Below are positions 47,480-58,166 of a stretch of DNA of 64,000 nucleotides, one piece after another. The position numbers and the translations under genes are program-made. Position 1 is the stretch's first letter. Each line of letters begins with the position of its first letter. The DNA is from Dehalococcoidia bacterium (GTDB lineage Bacteria > Chloroflexota > Dehalococcoidia > Lucifugimonadales > Australimonadaceae): contig OZ252088.1 in assembly GCA_965248065.1 (NCBI GenBank), positions 2,709,202-2,773,201 of the forward strand, written 5' to 3'. The notes under the pieces were generated by a model. The model did no database searches, was not told where the DNA came from, and was given only the letters and a program-made list of their open reading frames with translations.

Positions 47480-48439
47480 ATGTCAGACTCAGTGAACATC
47501 CGGGTCCCGGCGACGACGGCCAATCTTGGCCCAGGCTTCGATTGCCTGGGCATGGCGCTGTCGCTGTGGAACACGATGCGCGTTGGTTGGTCGGAGCGCC
47601 CGCACCTGGCGATTCACGGTTCGGGCGAGGGACGACTGTCGCTCGACGAGCGAAATCTGATGTACCGCTCGGCGCAACGGGTCCTCGACGAGACCGGCGC
47701 CAGCCGCCGGAGCCTGTCAATCGAGAGCTGGCAGGAGATACCGCTCAGCCGCGGCCTCGGGAGCAGCTCAGCGGCAATCGTCGGCGGGCTGTACGGAGCG
47801 AACGCTCTTCTCGACCACCCCATCGACCCGCATGGGCTGCTGCAGCTCGCTGCCCAGATCGAGGGGCACCCCGACAACGTCGCGCCGGCGCTGATGGGCG
47901 GGTTGAGCATCGCCGTCGCGGACGGAGACACCGTCCACGCCGCGCCCGTTCCACTGCCCGCCAATCTTCAATGCGTGGCGTACATACCCGACACGCCGAT
48001 GGCGACGAAGCAGGCGCGGAGCGTGCTCGAGCCGCAAACGGCGCGGATCGACGCGGTGTTCAACGTGGGACGCGCCGCGCTGCTCGTGGCGAGCCTCGCG
48101 CTGGACCGGCCGGAGTACCTGCGTCTTGCGACGCAGGACCGGCTGCACCAGCCTCAACGGCAGAAGGTGTACCGTCAGATGAAGGTCATCTTCGACCACG
48201 CGCTGGCGGCGGGCGCGCGCGGCGTGTTCTTATCCGGCGCGGGGTCGTCAATCGTCGCGTTCACGACGCGGGAGGAGAACCGCGCGTTCACCATCGGTTA
48301 CGAGATGGCGGACGCGGGGGACAAGTCAGGGCTGACGGGCACGTTCCGCGTGCTCGAACCCGCAGCGATGGGCGCCGGCCCTGTTGACCAAGTCCCGGAG
48401 GCTGCCGTTCCTCCTCCCTCGTCTGCGGGGGAGGACTGA
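47480..48439 (+). CDS. thrB: Homoserine kinase
   Basis: VPATTANLGPGFDCLG, IPLSRGLGSSSAA, EGHPDNVAP, LSGAGS. Confidence 0.95.
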   Translation: MSDSVNIRVPATTANLGPGFDCLGMALSLWNTMRVGWSERPHLAIHGSGEGRLSLDERNLMYRSAQRVLDETGASRRSLSIESWQEIPLSRGLGSSSAAIVGGLYGANALLDHPIDPHGLLQLAAQIEGHPDNVAPALMGGLSIAVADGDTVHAAPVPLPANLQCVAYIPDTPMATKQARSVLEPQTARIDAVFNVGRAALLVASLALDRPEYLRLATQDRLHQPQRQKVYRQMKVIFDHALAAGARGVFLSGAGSSIVAFTTREENRAFTIGYEMADAGDKSGLTGTFRVLEPAAMGAGPVDQVPEAAVPPPSSAGED

Positions 48440-48455
48440 GGAGGGGGTCTGCGTG

Positions 48456-49682
48456 ATGGGAACGCTCGTCCAGAAGTACGGCGGCACGTCGGTAGGCGAC
48501 GCCGAGAAGATCAGGCGCGTCGCGCAGCGCATCGCCGCAACCCGTGCGGCGGGGAACCAAGTAGCGGTGGTCGTGTCGGCGATGGGAGACACGACGGACC
48601 GGCTAATCGAGCTGGCGGAGTCCATCTCCTCGGCGCCGGAGCCTCGGGAGCTCGACATCCTGCTATCGACGGGGGAACTCGTGTCCTGCACGCTGCTGAC
48701 GATGGCGCTGCGCGAGCTGGGGGAGCAGGCAATCAGCATGAGCGGTGCCCAGGCGGGAGTGCGCACGGACACCGCCCACGGACGGGCGACCATCGTGCGA
48801 TTCGACGCCGAGCGCGTCCGGAACGAGCTGGACGCCGGGCGAATAGTCATCGTGGCCGGCTTCCAGGGAATCAACGAGGAGATGGACGTGACGACGCTGG
48901 GCCGCGGCGGCTCGGACACCACGGCGGTCGCGCTCGCAGCGGCGCTGGGGGCCGTCCGCTGCGAGGTCTACACGGACGTCGACGGCATCTACACAGCCGA
49001 CCCACGCATCGTGCCGAACGCGCGCAAGCTGAGCGAGATCGGCTACGAGGAGATGCTGGAACTGGCGAGCTACGGGGCGAAGATGCACCCGCGGTCAATC
49101 GAGCTGGGCGCGTGGTACAAGGCCCCCATCCTGGTGGCGTCGAGCCGCGAGGACTTGCCCGGCACGCTGATCCACGACGTGGAAACGGAAGGACAGGGAA
49201 TGGAAGTCTCGAACAAAGTCAGAGGCGTGACCTACGACCGGGACGTGGCGCGCATCACGGTGCGGGCCGTGCCCGACCGGCCCGGAATCGCGGCGTCCGT
49301 GTTCAAGCCGCTCTCCGACGCCAACGTGAGCGTCGACACCATCGTGCAGAACGCGAGCGCCGAGCGGCTAACGGACCTCTCATTCACGGTCGATCGCACG
49401 GACCTCCGCCTCGCGCTGGAGCTGACGAGCCGGGTCGCGGACGAAATCGGCGCGGCGGACTGCGTGTCGCACGACCACCTGGGGCAGGTGAGCATCGTGG
49501 GGACGGGGATGCAGAACGCGCCGGGAGTCGCGTCCCTGATGTTCTCGACGCTGGCGCAGGCGGGAGTGAACATCGAGATGATCACGACGTCGCAGATCCG
49601 CATCACCTGCATCGTGGACGAAGAACAGGTCAACACGGCGGTGCAGGCGCTGCACGGCGCGTTCGAGCTCGACCAGGAGTAG
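48456..49682 (+). CDS. lysC: Aspartate kinase
   Basis: VQKYGGTSV, VSAMGDTTD, TTLGRGGSD, DVDGIYTADP, two ACT domains. Confidence 0.95.
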   Translation: MGTLVQKYGGTSVGDAEKIRRVAQRIAATRAAGNQVAVVVSAMGDTTDRLIELAESISSAPEPRELDILLSTGELVSCTLLTMALRELGEQAISMSGAQAGVRTDTAHGRATIVRFDAERVRNELDAGRIVIVAGFQGINEEMDVTTLGRGGSDTTAVALAAALGAVRCEVYTDVDGIYTADPRIVPNARKLSEIGYEEMLELASYGAKMHPRSIELGAWYKAPILVASSREDLPGTLIHDVETEGQGMEVSNKVRGVTYDRDVARITVRAVPDRPGIAASVFKPLSDANVSVDTIVQNASAERLTDLSFTVDRTDLRLALELTSRVADEIGAADCVSHDHLGQVSIVGTGMQNAPGVASLMFSTLAQAGVNIEMITTSQIRITCIVDEEQVNTAVQALHGAFELDQE

Positions 49683-49784
49683 GGTCCCGCCTCCGCCAGA
49701 GGCGCGCCCTCTTCCTCAGTCCTCCCCCATAGATGGAACCTTTGCATAATTGCTCAACGCCGGGGATTCGGGGGCGAGGTTCCC

Positions 49785-50809
49785 TGAATCCACAAACGAA
49801 GTGCAACACCAGATTAGGGTGTTGCCATGGAATACAGACAGCTCTGCATTGAGGAACGGTGTGAGATTGCCCGCTTACGCGCCAAGGGCTCCTCGGTCCG
49901 GCAAGTCGCTACAACTCTGGATCGCGCGGCATCGACCGTGGCTCGGGAGCTGAAGCGGAACGCACTGCGAACGGACGGGTACCAAGCGTCGCCGGCCCAG
50001 GAGCGTGCCCGCGCGCGGCGCTGGACGGGGGCGCGGCTGGAACGGGACGAGGAGTTGCGGGAGCGGGTCTTGGCGGGCCTGAAGTGGGGGTGGTCGCCGG
50101 AGCAGGTCGCCCATGAGATGCGCAGAGAGGAGGGCCGGACGGTGACCTCGGACGAGAGCATCTACCGGTTCGTCTACGCCCCAGGCCGCGCGGCACAAAG
50201 ACCATGATTGGCGGCGCTACTTGCCGAGGGCGAAGTGGAAGCGGGGGAGGCGGGGCCGCAGGGGGGGAAGCTCGGTTTCCTTCATTCCCCTCCGCCGACC
50301 CGTTGCTGAGCGGCCGGCGGCGGCGGCCGACCGGCGGACCTTCGGGCACTGGGAGGCGGACACGATGCAGTTCGGGAGGTCGGGAGAGGTGGTGTTGGCC
50401 CTGCAGGAACGCTCCTCGCGCCTCTTGCTCCTCGCGCGTGCGCCGTCGAAGGAGGCGGGGCCGATCGCGGAGTCCATCGCCCGGATGCTGGGGCCGTTGC
50501 CGCCGGAGTTTCGCCAGACGGTGACCTTCGACAATGGGACCGAGTTCACCCGTCACTACGAGCTCCACCGGTTGGGCATCGAGACGTTCTTCTGCGACAC
50601 GTACTCGCCGTGGCAGAAGGGGGGAGTGGAGAACGCGATCGGCCGGCTGCGGCGGTTCCTGCCGCGGGGGACGAATCTGGGGGAGGTGTCGGATGAGCGG
50701 TTTGCGCTGATCGGGCAGGCGTACAACAATACGCCGCGCAAGTGCCTGGGCTACCGGACACCGGCGGGGGTCGTCGAGGAACAGGTGTTGCACTTCAAAT
50801 GTGGATTCA
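49785..50809 (+). mobile_element. IS30-family element, copy B (full length; +1 C frameshift at ~50180)
   Basis: Same IRs as copy A. It is 142 bp longer and differs by three synonymous SNPs in the shared part. Confidence 0.92.
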
Positions 50810-50895
50810 CCTTCCCGCCTTCGCGGGAATGACGGAAAGGGACGTGAGAGGACGTATTCACCCCGGCGCCAGCCGTGACGGTGAGGAGAGAGACC

Positions 50896-51612
50896 GTGAG
50901 TATTCTGCTGCCCAAGGCCATTTTCTTCGACATGGACAACACCATCCTGGCCTACGACAGCGTCTCTCCCCAGAGCTGGGAACAGGCGTTCATCAGGTTC
51001 GCGCACCGGTTCGACGGCCTGAACGTTCAACAGTTCGGAGAGACCGTGAGCGCAATGCGCGCGTGGTTCTGGAGCGACCCGGCGCGCGACCAGCGAGGGC
51101 GCTCGGACCTGGCGGCGGCCCGGCGTGAGATGGTTGCCTTGGCCTTTTCTCACCTGGGGTTGGACGCAGGTGAGACGACCAACGAGATAGCCGACGCCTA
51201 CGCTGAGATTCAGGAAGCGTCGGTAGAGCCGTACCCCGGCGCCATGGAAACGCTGCAACGTCTTCGAAAGATGGGGAAGGGGATGGCGCTCATCACCAAC
51301 GGCGCCTCCCGGTCCCAACGGCCCAAGATCGACCGCTTCGGGCTAGAGCGCTTCTTCGACTGCATCATCATCGAAGACGAGTTTGGCGTGGGCAAGCCGG
51401 ACCCCCGGGTCTACCGGCACGCCATGGAGCAGCTGGCGGTACAACCGTCGGAGGCGATAATGGTGGGCGACAACTTGCATGCCGACATCGCCGGCGCTCA
51501 GTCCCTGGGCATATACGCGGTGTGGGTCGACTGGAAGGGCGGCGGGCTGCCGGAGAACAGTCCAACCACGCCGGATAGCACGGTGCGGGCGATTTTGGAG
51601 CTGTTGGCGTAG
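50896..51612 (+). CDS. HAD-superfamily hydrolase
   Basis: FFDMDNT, ITNG, GKPD, MVGDNLHADI. Confidence 0.92.
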   Translation: MSILLPKAIFFDMDNTILAYDSVSPQSWEQAFIRFAHRFDGLNVQQFGETVSAMRAWFWSDPARDQRGRSDLAAARREMVALAFSHLGLDAGETTNEIADAYAEIQEASVEPYPGAMETLQRLRKMGKGMALITNGASRSQRPKIDRFGLERFFDCIIIEDEFGVGKPDPRVYRHAMEQLAVQPSEAIMVGDNLHADIAGAQSLGIYAVWVDWKGGGLPENSPTTPDSTVRAILELLA

Positions 51613-51896
51613 GAGACAAGCCCTCCGGGGAGCGGCGCAGGGAGCCGCTCGCGGCAAGGCAAGCGCGCTCGAGCGCATTCGAGCGCGCGTTCCGCGCTGA
51701 GGAGTTGCTGGGCGTTCTCCCGATGCCTCTCCCGCGCTTCTCCGGCCTGGGCGCGCCCGCCCCGCCGCGGCCTGCTGCGAGGGCGGCGACGGGAAACGCA
51801 AAATCTCGCCGCAAACCCGCGGGAATCTGCTTGACGGCGCCCGCCGGCTACGCCAATCTAGCGTCCCTAACCGAAGCGCCACCCAGGAGACCAACC

Positions 51897-52307
51897 TTGG
51901 CGACGGTCGAAGAGATACTGACCAAGAGCAGGGTGATTGCGGTGGTGGGGCTGTCGGATAGGCCGGACCGGCCATCTCATGGGGTGGCGCGGTACCTGCA
52001 AGCGCAGGGGTACCGGGTGATTCCGGTGAACCCCGCGCTGACCGGGCCGGTGCTGGGCGAAGCGCCGTACCGCAGACTGGAGGACGTAGAAGAGCGCGTC
52101 GACCTCGTCGACATATTCAGGAGACCGGTAGATGTGCCGCCCGTCGTAGAAGCGGCCATCGAGATCGGCGCCTCCGCAGTGTGGATGCAACTGGGGATCA
52201 TCCACGAGGAGGCCGCCGCAAAAGCAAGGGCGGCAGGGCTTGACGTCGTGATGGACAAATGCACGGCAATCGAGCACCGGGCCTTGCTCGGAGACCGAAC
52301 AATCTAA
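51897..52307 (+). CDS. CoA-binding protein (YccU-like)
   Basis: IAVVGLSDRPDRPS, VIPVNP, VDLVDIFR, VWMQLG, VVMDKC. Confidence 0.92.
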   Translation: MATVEEILTKSRVIAVVGLSDRPDRPSHGVARYLQAQGYRVIPVNPALTGPVLGEAPYRRLEDVEERVDLVDIFRRPVDVPPVVEAAIEIGASAVWMQLGIIHEEAAAKARAAGLDVVMDKCTAIEHRALLGDRTI

Positions 52308-52355
52308 GAACAGACCGCCGTCACGAAAGGGGGTAAGTGCGCTGTCGAGCGGAGT

Positions 52356-53219
52356 GTGGAGATGGTTTACCGTGAAGCGGACCACGTCAGGTTGCTGAAG
52401 GAGCGGACGCGCGCGTCGATCAGCCTCGCCATGGAAGGCAGGTGGGAAGATGCGGCGCAGCTCAACCGGGAGATTCTCGAAGCGCGCCCCGATAACACCC
52501 AAGCCCTGAACCGGCTCGGCAAGGCGCTGATCGAGCTCGGCCATATGGAGGATGCGCTCCAAGCGTTCGAGCTGGCGCTGGAGATGGAGCCGGACAACCC
52601 CATCGCCGCCAAGCACGTCACGCGGCTCAACTGGGCGGCCGAGAAGGGCCCCTCCGCCAACGCTCATTCGAACGGGCTTCCGGGCCTCAGCGTCAAGATG
52701 TTCACCGGCGATAGCGGGAAGAGCGCGGAGGTCGTCCTGCTGGCCTCCGACCATGCGGGCCATCCGTCGCCCGGCACGCCGGTTTCGCTGGAGCGCAACG
52801 GCTCGACCCTTGCGGTGATCGACGCCGCGGGCGTCTGTCTCGGGCTCACGCCGCCCAAACTGGCGCACCGGCTCATCGCCCTCATGGAAGGCGGCAACCG
52901 TTACGACGGCGCCGTGTCCGGCCTGACGAACGGCGCGGTGCGGGTGGTGCTGCGCGAGGCTTATCAAGACCCGAGCCAGCGGTCGAAGGTCTCATTCCCG
53001 CCATCCTCGGCGTCGACCCCGGAGCCGGAGCCCGTCGAGGAGGCGCCCGCGCCGGAGTGGGCGGAGAATGGACCGCCGATTGCCGAGGCCCCGCCGGTCT
53101 TCAGCGAGGAGGAGTCGCGGACGCTGGAGCTGGTCGGCGTCGGGGCCGCGCTCGACAGCGGGCTGGTCGACGACCTGCTGCTCCCCGACCTGATCGAGGA
53201 GGACGAGCCGCCGCTGTAG
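52356..53219 (+). CDS. TPR-containing protein
   Basis: TPR helices (ALNRLGKALIELG...ALELEPDNP-like) and an acidic C-terminus. Confidence 0.85.
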   Translation: MEMVYREADHVRLLKERTRASISLAMEGRWEDAAQLNREILEARPDNTQALNRLGKALIELGHMEDALQAFELALEMEPDNPIAAKHVTRLNWAAEKGPSANAHSNGLPGLSVKMFTGDSGKSAEVVLLASDHAGHPSPGTPVSLERNGSTLAVIDAAGVCLGLTPPKLAHRLIALMEGGNRYDGAVSGLTNGAVRVVLREAYQDPSQRSKVSFPPSSASTPEPEPVEEAPAPEWAENGPPIAEAPPVFSEEESRTLELVGVGAALDSGLVDDLLLPDLIEEDEPPL

Positions 53220-53298
53220 AGTGGCCCCTTCCGTCATTCCCGCGCAGGCGGGAGAGGGGATTAAGAGGGACATGCGTCCGGCCTCCTCCCCCGTCTGC

Positions 53299-53486
53299 GA
53301 GACCTTTGCGTAAATCTCAAACTGGTTCGTGGTGAGCCTGTCGAACCATGGACAGGCTTGGAATACCGGGGAGCGCAGAGGGGCGTCGCCCCTCTGCCGG
53401 GGGTGTGGGGGTGTCCCCCACAACATAATGGGTGGGTGGGTGGGAAGAGCTACGCCCGCCAGAAAATAGGGTTACGCAAAGGTCTC
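53299..53486. mobile_element. 188-bp MITE, copy 2 (inverted relative to copy 1)
   Basis: Perfect 15-bp TIRs GAGACCTTTGCGTAA, flanked by GTCTGC at 53293 and 53487. Confidence 0.8.
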
Positions 53487-53528
53487 GTCTGCGGGGAGGA
53501 TTGAGGAGGGGGTCTGCGGAGGACCGCC

Positions 53529-55619
53529 TCACTCAGCGAGCGACTCCGCCAGGAGCTCCAGGAGGTCTTTGGCGGCCTTGTGGTCGGCGGCGCCTTTGGC
53601 GGTGATGCCTTCTTCCATCATCTGGAGGCAGAAGGGACAGGAGACGCCCACGACTTCGGCTTCGGTCTCCAGGAAATGGTCGGTCCGTATGTGATTGACG
53701 CGGACCCCCTGCTCTTCCATCCACATGCGACCGCCGCCGGCTCCGCAGCAGAAGCCTCGCTCGCGGCATCTGCCCTCGCCCATCTCGACGAGCTCCAGGC
53801 CGGGGATGGCGCGGGCAATCTCTCGCGGCGGATCGTAGATGTCGTTGTGCCGGCCCAGGTAGCAAGAGTCATGGTAGGCGACGGAGATGGGGACGGCCTT
53901 CTTGGGCCGGATGCGGCGCTCGCGGAGAAGCTGGGCGACGAGCTCGGTGTAGTGGACGACCTCGAAATCGCCGCCTAGCTGCGGATATTCGTTCTTGATC
54001 GTGTTGAAGCAGTGGGGGCAGAGGGTGACGACCTTCCGCACGCCGTAGCCCTTCATCGTCTCGATGTTCTGCTCGGCCATCATCTGAAAGAGGTACTCGT
54101 TGCCAAGGCGGCGCGCCGGGTCGCCCGTGCAGGTCTCCTCGCTCCCGAGCACGCGATACTTCACCCCGGCCAGCTTGAGCACGGACGCCATGGCCCGCGC
54201 CGTCTGCTGGCCGCGCCCATCGAGCGCCGAGGTGCAGCCGACCCAGAGCAGTAGCTCGTTGTCGGGGTCGTCGGCCATGGCGACGGCTTCGGTCCCCTCC
54301 ATCCAGTCGGTCCGCGTGGCCTGCGTGCCGCGCCATGGATGGCCGCGCTGCTCCATCGAGTTGAGGGCGCCCATCGCGGTCTCGGGAACGTCGGCCTCCT
54401 CCATCGTGAGGTAGCGGCGCATGTCAACGATGGAGTCGATGTGCTCGACGAATGCGGGGCAGGCCTCCATGCAGGCGCGGCAGGTCGTGCAGGACCAGAG
54501 GACCTCGGGGCTGATGAAGCCGTGGACGAGGTCGCCCTCCGGCTCCGGCGGCGGGGCGTCGGCGCCCTCGGCGAGGAGGACCGGAGCGCGGGAGACCATG
54601 TAGGCTTTCGCGTCCTGCACGAGCTTCCTCGGCGAGAGAGGCTTGCCGCTGCGCCATGCGGGACACTGGTCCTGGCAGCGTCCGCAGTTCGTGCAGGAGT
54701 CGTAATCGAGCAGCTGCTTGGAAGTGAGCTGGGTGAGCTCGCGCGCGCCGAAGACCTCCAGCGTATCGAGGTCGCCCATCGAGCGGAGCGCGCCCTTGGG
54801 GCGGGTGACGGAGGAGCGCATGACGAGGTTGAGGGGGCTCACGAAGATGTGCATGAGGGGCCCGAACCGCCATGCGGCGTAGACGAACGTGGCCGACATG
54901 AGCGCGGCGTGGGCCCACCAGAGGACGAAGTGCGATACCTCCATGCCGTAGACGGTGGCGCCCACTGCCCGGATGCCTTGGGCGATGACGTAGGAAAAGG
55001 GCGACCAGTAGGCGGACGACACGCTGTAGAGGTCGCTCGCCGGCTCGAGCTCGGTGGCTGCCATGCGCAAAGACTGCAACACGAAGCCGGAAAGGGCCAT
55101 GCTCAGGAGTAGGACGAGGAGCACGCCGTTCTCCAGCATCGTGTTCAGACGGGGCGGCCTGACAACGTAGCGGCGGTAGGCGGCGAGCCCGACGCCCGCG
55201 ATGAGCATCATGCCGCCGATGTCCCAGACGAGCTCCAGCTGCACGCCGATGCGGCGGCTCGCCAGATGCCAGCCAAACCATTTCTCAGCGTTGAACTCGA
55301 CGGCATCGAGGCTCGTCGCGATGAAGAGGATGGCCATGCCCCAGAAGATGAGGAAGTGCATCGCGCCGGGGTAGCGCTCATGTTTCGCAAACCGCCGGTG
55401 GCCGGCGGCGTCGGTGAACAGCGTGCTGAGAGCGGCCCTGAGCCTCGCGCCCCAAGGTCCGACATCCGGGTTGGGCTTCCCAAGCCGCCAGTACCGCGAC
55501 CGCCGCCAGAGCGCCCAGGCGACAGCCGCAAGCGAGATGACGCCGACAAGATAGACGACGGCGCCCAACGGGTAGCCGATGTTCCAGAAGTCGAGGCGTC
55601 CGTTCAGCTCAGGGGGCAA
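53529..55619 (-). CDS. FadF/HdrD-like membrane Fe-S oxidoreductase (TM region + 4Fe-4S + two CCG domains)
   Basis: CTNCGRCQDQCP, CTTCRACMEACP, VTLCPHC, YHDSCYLGRHN, CCGAGGG, SCPFC. Confidence 0.92.
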   Translation of the reverse strand: MPPELNGRLDFWNIGYPLGAVVYLVGVISLAAVAWALWRRSRYWRLGKPNPDVGPWGARLRAALSTLFTDAAGHRRFAKHERYPGAMHFLIFWGMAILFIATSLDAVEFNAEKWFGWHLASRRIGVQLELVWDIGGMMLIAGVGLAAYRRYVVRPPRLNTMLENGVLLVLLLSMALSGFVLQSLRMAATELEPASDLYSVSSAYWSPFSYVIAQGIRAVGATVYGMEVSHFVLWWAHAALMSATFVYAAWRFGPLMHIFVSPLNLVMRSSVTRPKGALRSMGDLDTLEVFGARELTQLTSKQLLDYDSCTNCGRCQDQCPAWRSGKPLSPRKLVQDAKAYMVSRAPVLLAEGADAPPPEPEGDLVHGFISPEVLWSCTTCRACMEACPAFVEHIDSIVDMRRYLTMEEADVPETAMGALNSMEQRGHPWRGTQATRTDWMEGTEAVAMADDPDNELLLWVGCTSALDGRGQQTARAMASVLKLAGVKYRVLGSEETCTGDPARRLGNEYLFQMMAEQNIETMKGYGVRKVVTLCPHCFNTIKNEYPQLGGDFEVVHYTELVAQLLRERRIRPKKAVPISVAYHDSCYLGRHNDIYDPPREIARAIPGLELVEMGEGRCRERGFCCGAGGGRMWMEEQGVRVNHIRTDHFLETEAEVVGVSCPFCLQMMEEGITAKGAADHKAAKDLLELLAESLAE

Positions 55620-55668
55620 GACCGACCTCCATGTGAGGTGGCCGCGAGTTTAGCAGGTCGCCCTCGCC

Positions 55669-55942
55669 CCCCTTCCGCCATTCCCGCCCCCTTCCGCCAT
55701 TCCCGCCCCCCTCCGTCGTTCCCGCGAAAGCGGGAATCCAGGGTGCGCGCCACGCCCCACCCCTAGCACCCTTCCCAATCGGTTCGTGGTGAGCCCGTCG
55801 AACCACGCCGCCCGCCAACCAACCCCAATCCTCTCCACCGTCTGCGGGGGAGAGTTAGAGAGGGGGCCGTCTGCTGGGAACCTCGCCCCCCTCATTCCCT
55901 CGCGCCCCCTTCCGTCATTCCCGCGCAGGCGGGAATCCAGGG
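55669..55942. repeat. Mosaic of REP palindromes from three families
   Basis: Tandem CCGCCATTCCCG units, TTCCCGCGAAAGCGGGAATCC, GGTTCGTGGTGAGCCCGTCGAACC and GTCATTCCCGCGCAGGCGGGAATCC. Confidence 0.75.
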
Positions 55943-55977
55943 TGCTTTGGTCTTAGGCTGGCTTCGTCGAACAGCGG

Positions 55978-56391
55978 TCATCGCGCTTCCCCTTCGAATG
56001 GGTTCTCCATCTCCACGCCAAGCTGGGCAAAGTCACCCACATTCCTGGTGACCACCGTCAGTCGATGCACCATGGCCGTCGCTGCAATCATGGCGTCTTC
56101 CGTCATGGTGTCCGACCTCCCGTGCATGAGTCGCGCCCACTCCCGGAAAGCGGGCGCGTCCATGGGCAGTACACCATAGGAAGGCAGCACCTTGTCCAGC
56201 CAGGCTTCCAGCTCCTCCGCCTTGGCCTCATCCTGCTCGCGGGTGATCTCGATCCCCGCCTGTATCTCACCAACCGTAACCGCAGACACGAAGAGCTGGT
56301 CCGCCGGCGCATGTGCGATCCAGTCCACGACAGCCCCGTGGGGACGGGGGCGGCGTAGTTCCGAAACCACGTTGGTGTCGAGGAGGTACAT
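55978..56391 (-). CDS. VapC PIN-domain toxin
   Basis: YLLDTNVVSE, SAVTVGEI, DAMIAATA, VTRNVGDF. Confidence 0.92.
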   Translation of the reverse strand: MYLLDTNVVSELRRPRPHGAVVDWIAHAPADQLFVSAVTVGEIQAGIEITREQDEAKAEELEAWLDKVLPSYGVLPMDAPAFREWARLMHGRSDTMTEDAMIAATAMVHRLTVVTRNVGDFAQLGVEMENPFEGEAR

Positions 56392-56395
56392 GGGC

Positions 56396-56656
56396 TTACT
56401 CTACGGTCGGGGGTATACGGTGGCGGTGCTGTCGGCGCAGCGGCGTAAGGTCCTCGGTCCGCGCCTCAGAGGTGAGGAGCAACTCCTTCAGGTCGGGCCT
56501 CGCCATCCGCTCCAGCCTCCGCCACTGCTCGATGGGAAGGAGCACGGCGGTCTCCACCCCACGCTTGGTCACGATCTGCGGCCCTTCAGCGATAGCGGTA
56601 TCGAGAAACTCGCTGAACCTCGACTTGGCGTCTTGGACCGGCCATCTCTTGCTCAT
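56396..56656 (-). CDS. Phd/YefM antitoxin
   Basis: WPVQDAKSRFSEFL...GPQIVTKRG. Confidence 0.92.
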   Translation of the reverse strand: MSKRWPVQDAKSRFSEFLDTAIAEGPQIVTKRGVETAVLLPIEQWRRLERMARPDLKELLLTSEARTEDLTPLRRQHRHRIPPTVE

Positions 56657-56859
56657 GGTTCGCTCCGGTTGCTATCGTCCTGACTGGCTATCAGACTAGT
56701 CTAATCCGCATTGGTGTCAAGCGACAGTGACAACCTACGTCCACCAACGTATACGGTAGACAGAACCGTCTTCGAGATGTGGCTCGGCGGACTATGAGCC
56801 TTGGTGCCGCGCCCCACGTGACGTTCGACATCTGAACGAGTACCCATGGCGACCCCCCG

Positions 56860-57085
56860 GTGCGGTTCAGACCTCGGTAGCGCGTCCTCCGGAATCCGCC
56901 CACCGGTCTTCATCCACCCGAAGATGTCCTCAACCCGCTTCCTCAGCCGTTGACTGAGGGCATAGCTGCGATGCCGGGTCGTGCGTCCATCAATAGCGCT
57001 AGAGCGCCTGCTCGTGTTTTGCGCCATGTGCGGGGTGACCCCGCGGGCGCGCATGGCCCTCACGCAACCCCTCGTGTCTCCGTTT
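56860..57085 (-). pseudogene. IS5-family transposase internal remnant (frameshifted)
   Basis: RGVTPHMAQN...SAIDGRTTRH...SQRLRKRVEDIFGWMKT, then GGFRRTRYRG in another frame. Boundaries approximate. Confidence 0.85.
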
Positions 57086-57507
57086 CGAGTGCTCCTATCT
57101 TCACCTCTCCCCTCCCTCAGCCGCCGCCATGTGCATCGACAGCCTGCTAGAGGGCGATCCCGTTCCCGGCGGTCCTGTTGAGGTGAACTTCGCTGATCAC
57201 CAGCGACTCCCTGCCGAGCTGCGGCGGGGTTCCAGTTCCGCCGTTTCGCGAGTTAGCCAGAAGGCCCGCGAAGGCGGGCGGGGCGTCAACTGAGCGCCGT
57301 GCGACGGCCGCCGCTGTTAGCCTGCGGAAGGAGCCCGGCATCGACGTTGAAACGAACAGGGCGACGCCTTCTGACTGGCGTCCCTGCGTTCACTGGTGTA
57401 CGACAACCTTGCGAGAATCGCGCGCCTGGGGCAAGCTAGCTCCTCACGCCGAGGCGTGCCGCGACGGAGATGCCGAGGGTCCTATTCAGGGACAGGCGGT
57501 GGGCCGA

Positions 57508-58166
57508 ATGACGAACATGGGAACGACTAGCAGTCCCGAGGGACTGCCGCACTACCTGACAAAGCACTTCCTGGCCCAGCGGTTGGGGAAGTGCCTGCGA
57601 GACGACGTTGGCTTCTGGTTCTGCTTCGTCGAGCAGTGCAACGCCTGCGGCGGCGGCTTTGTGATCGAGAACATACTGGAAGGCGTCCGGCGTATTGAGT
57701 ATGAGACGCCGTTCCTCGGCTACCAGCCCGACATCCTCCTATGGGGCAAGAGCGAGGAGAAGCCCCTCCGGGCGGTGGAGGTCGTCGCCACGAGCGAGCC
57801 GTCGCGGCAGGGAAGAGGAGGATGTTCAAGGAGCAAGGCGTGGACCTCTACATCGTGCGGTCCCGCACGGCGGAGCAAGCTCAAGCCGTCAAGCAGTGCA
57901 TCGACGGCTTCTACATACTGCCGGCGGACGCCCAAGTCTCCTGCCAGCACAAGGCGAGGAAGAGGCTGAACGAGTCCCTTAGACGCCTAGAGGCCAGGAC
58001 GACGCTCGACTTGGCGTTCACCTTGCATCCCCGCCAAGTCCGTTTCCTACCGGAATGGACCGGCCCCACTAACTACCATCACGCCGGGCGACTCCGTCAG
58101 GGTGATAGCGAGGCGGTTGAATGCTACGCTCAGCACGCTCAATATGATCGGGCAACCGGCTTATGA
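57508..58166 (+). pseudogene. Hypothetical CoiA-like PD-(D/E)XK protein, frameshift at ~57803-57812
   Basis: PHYLTKH...IEYE...YQPDILL...AVEVVAT continues as KRRMFKEQGVDLYIV in another frame. May extend to 58374 through a second shift. Confidence 0.45.

Noticed and set aside
46515-50809. IS30 duplication as an assembly artefact
   Set aside because: Copies differ by a 141-bp deletion and three synonymous SNPs and have different outer flanks.
49909-51318. 469-aa minus-strand ORF and other long antisense ORFs
   Set aside because: Shadows of high-GC genes (IS30, HAD, etc.) with no recognisable motifs.
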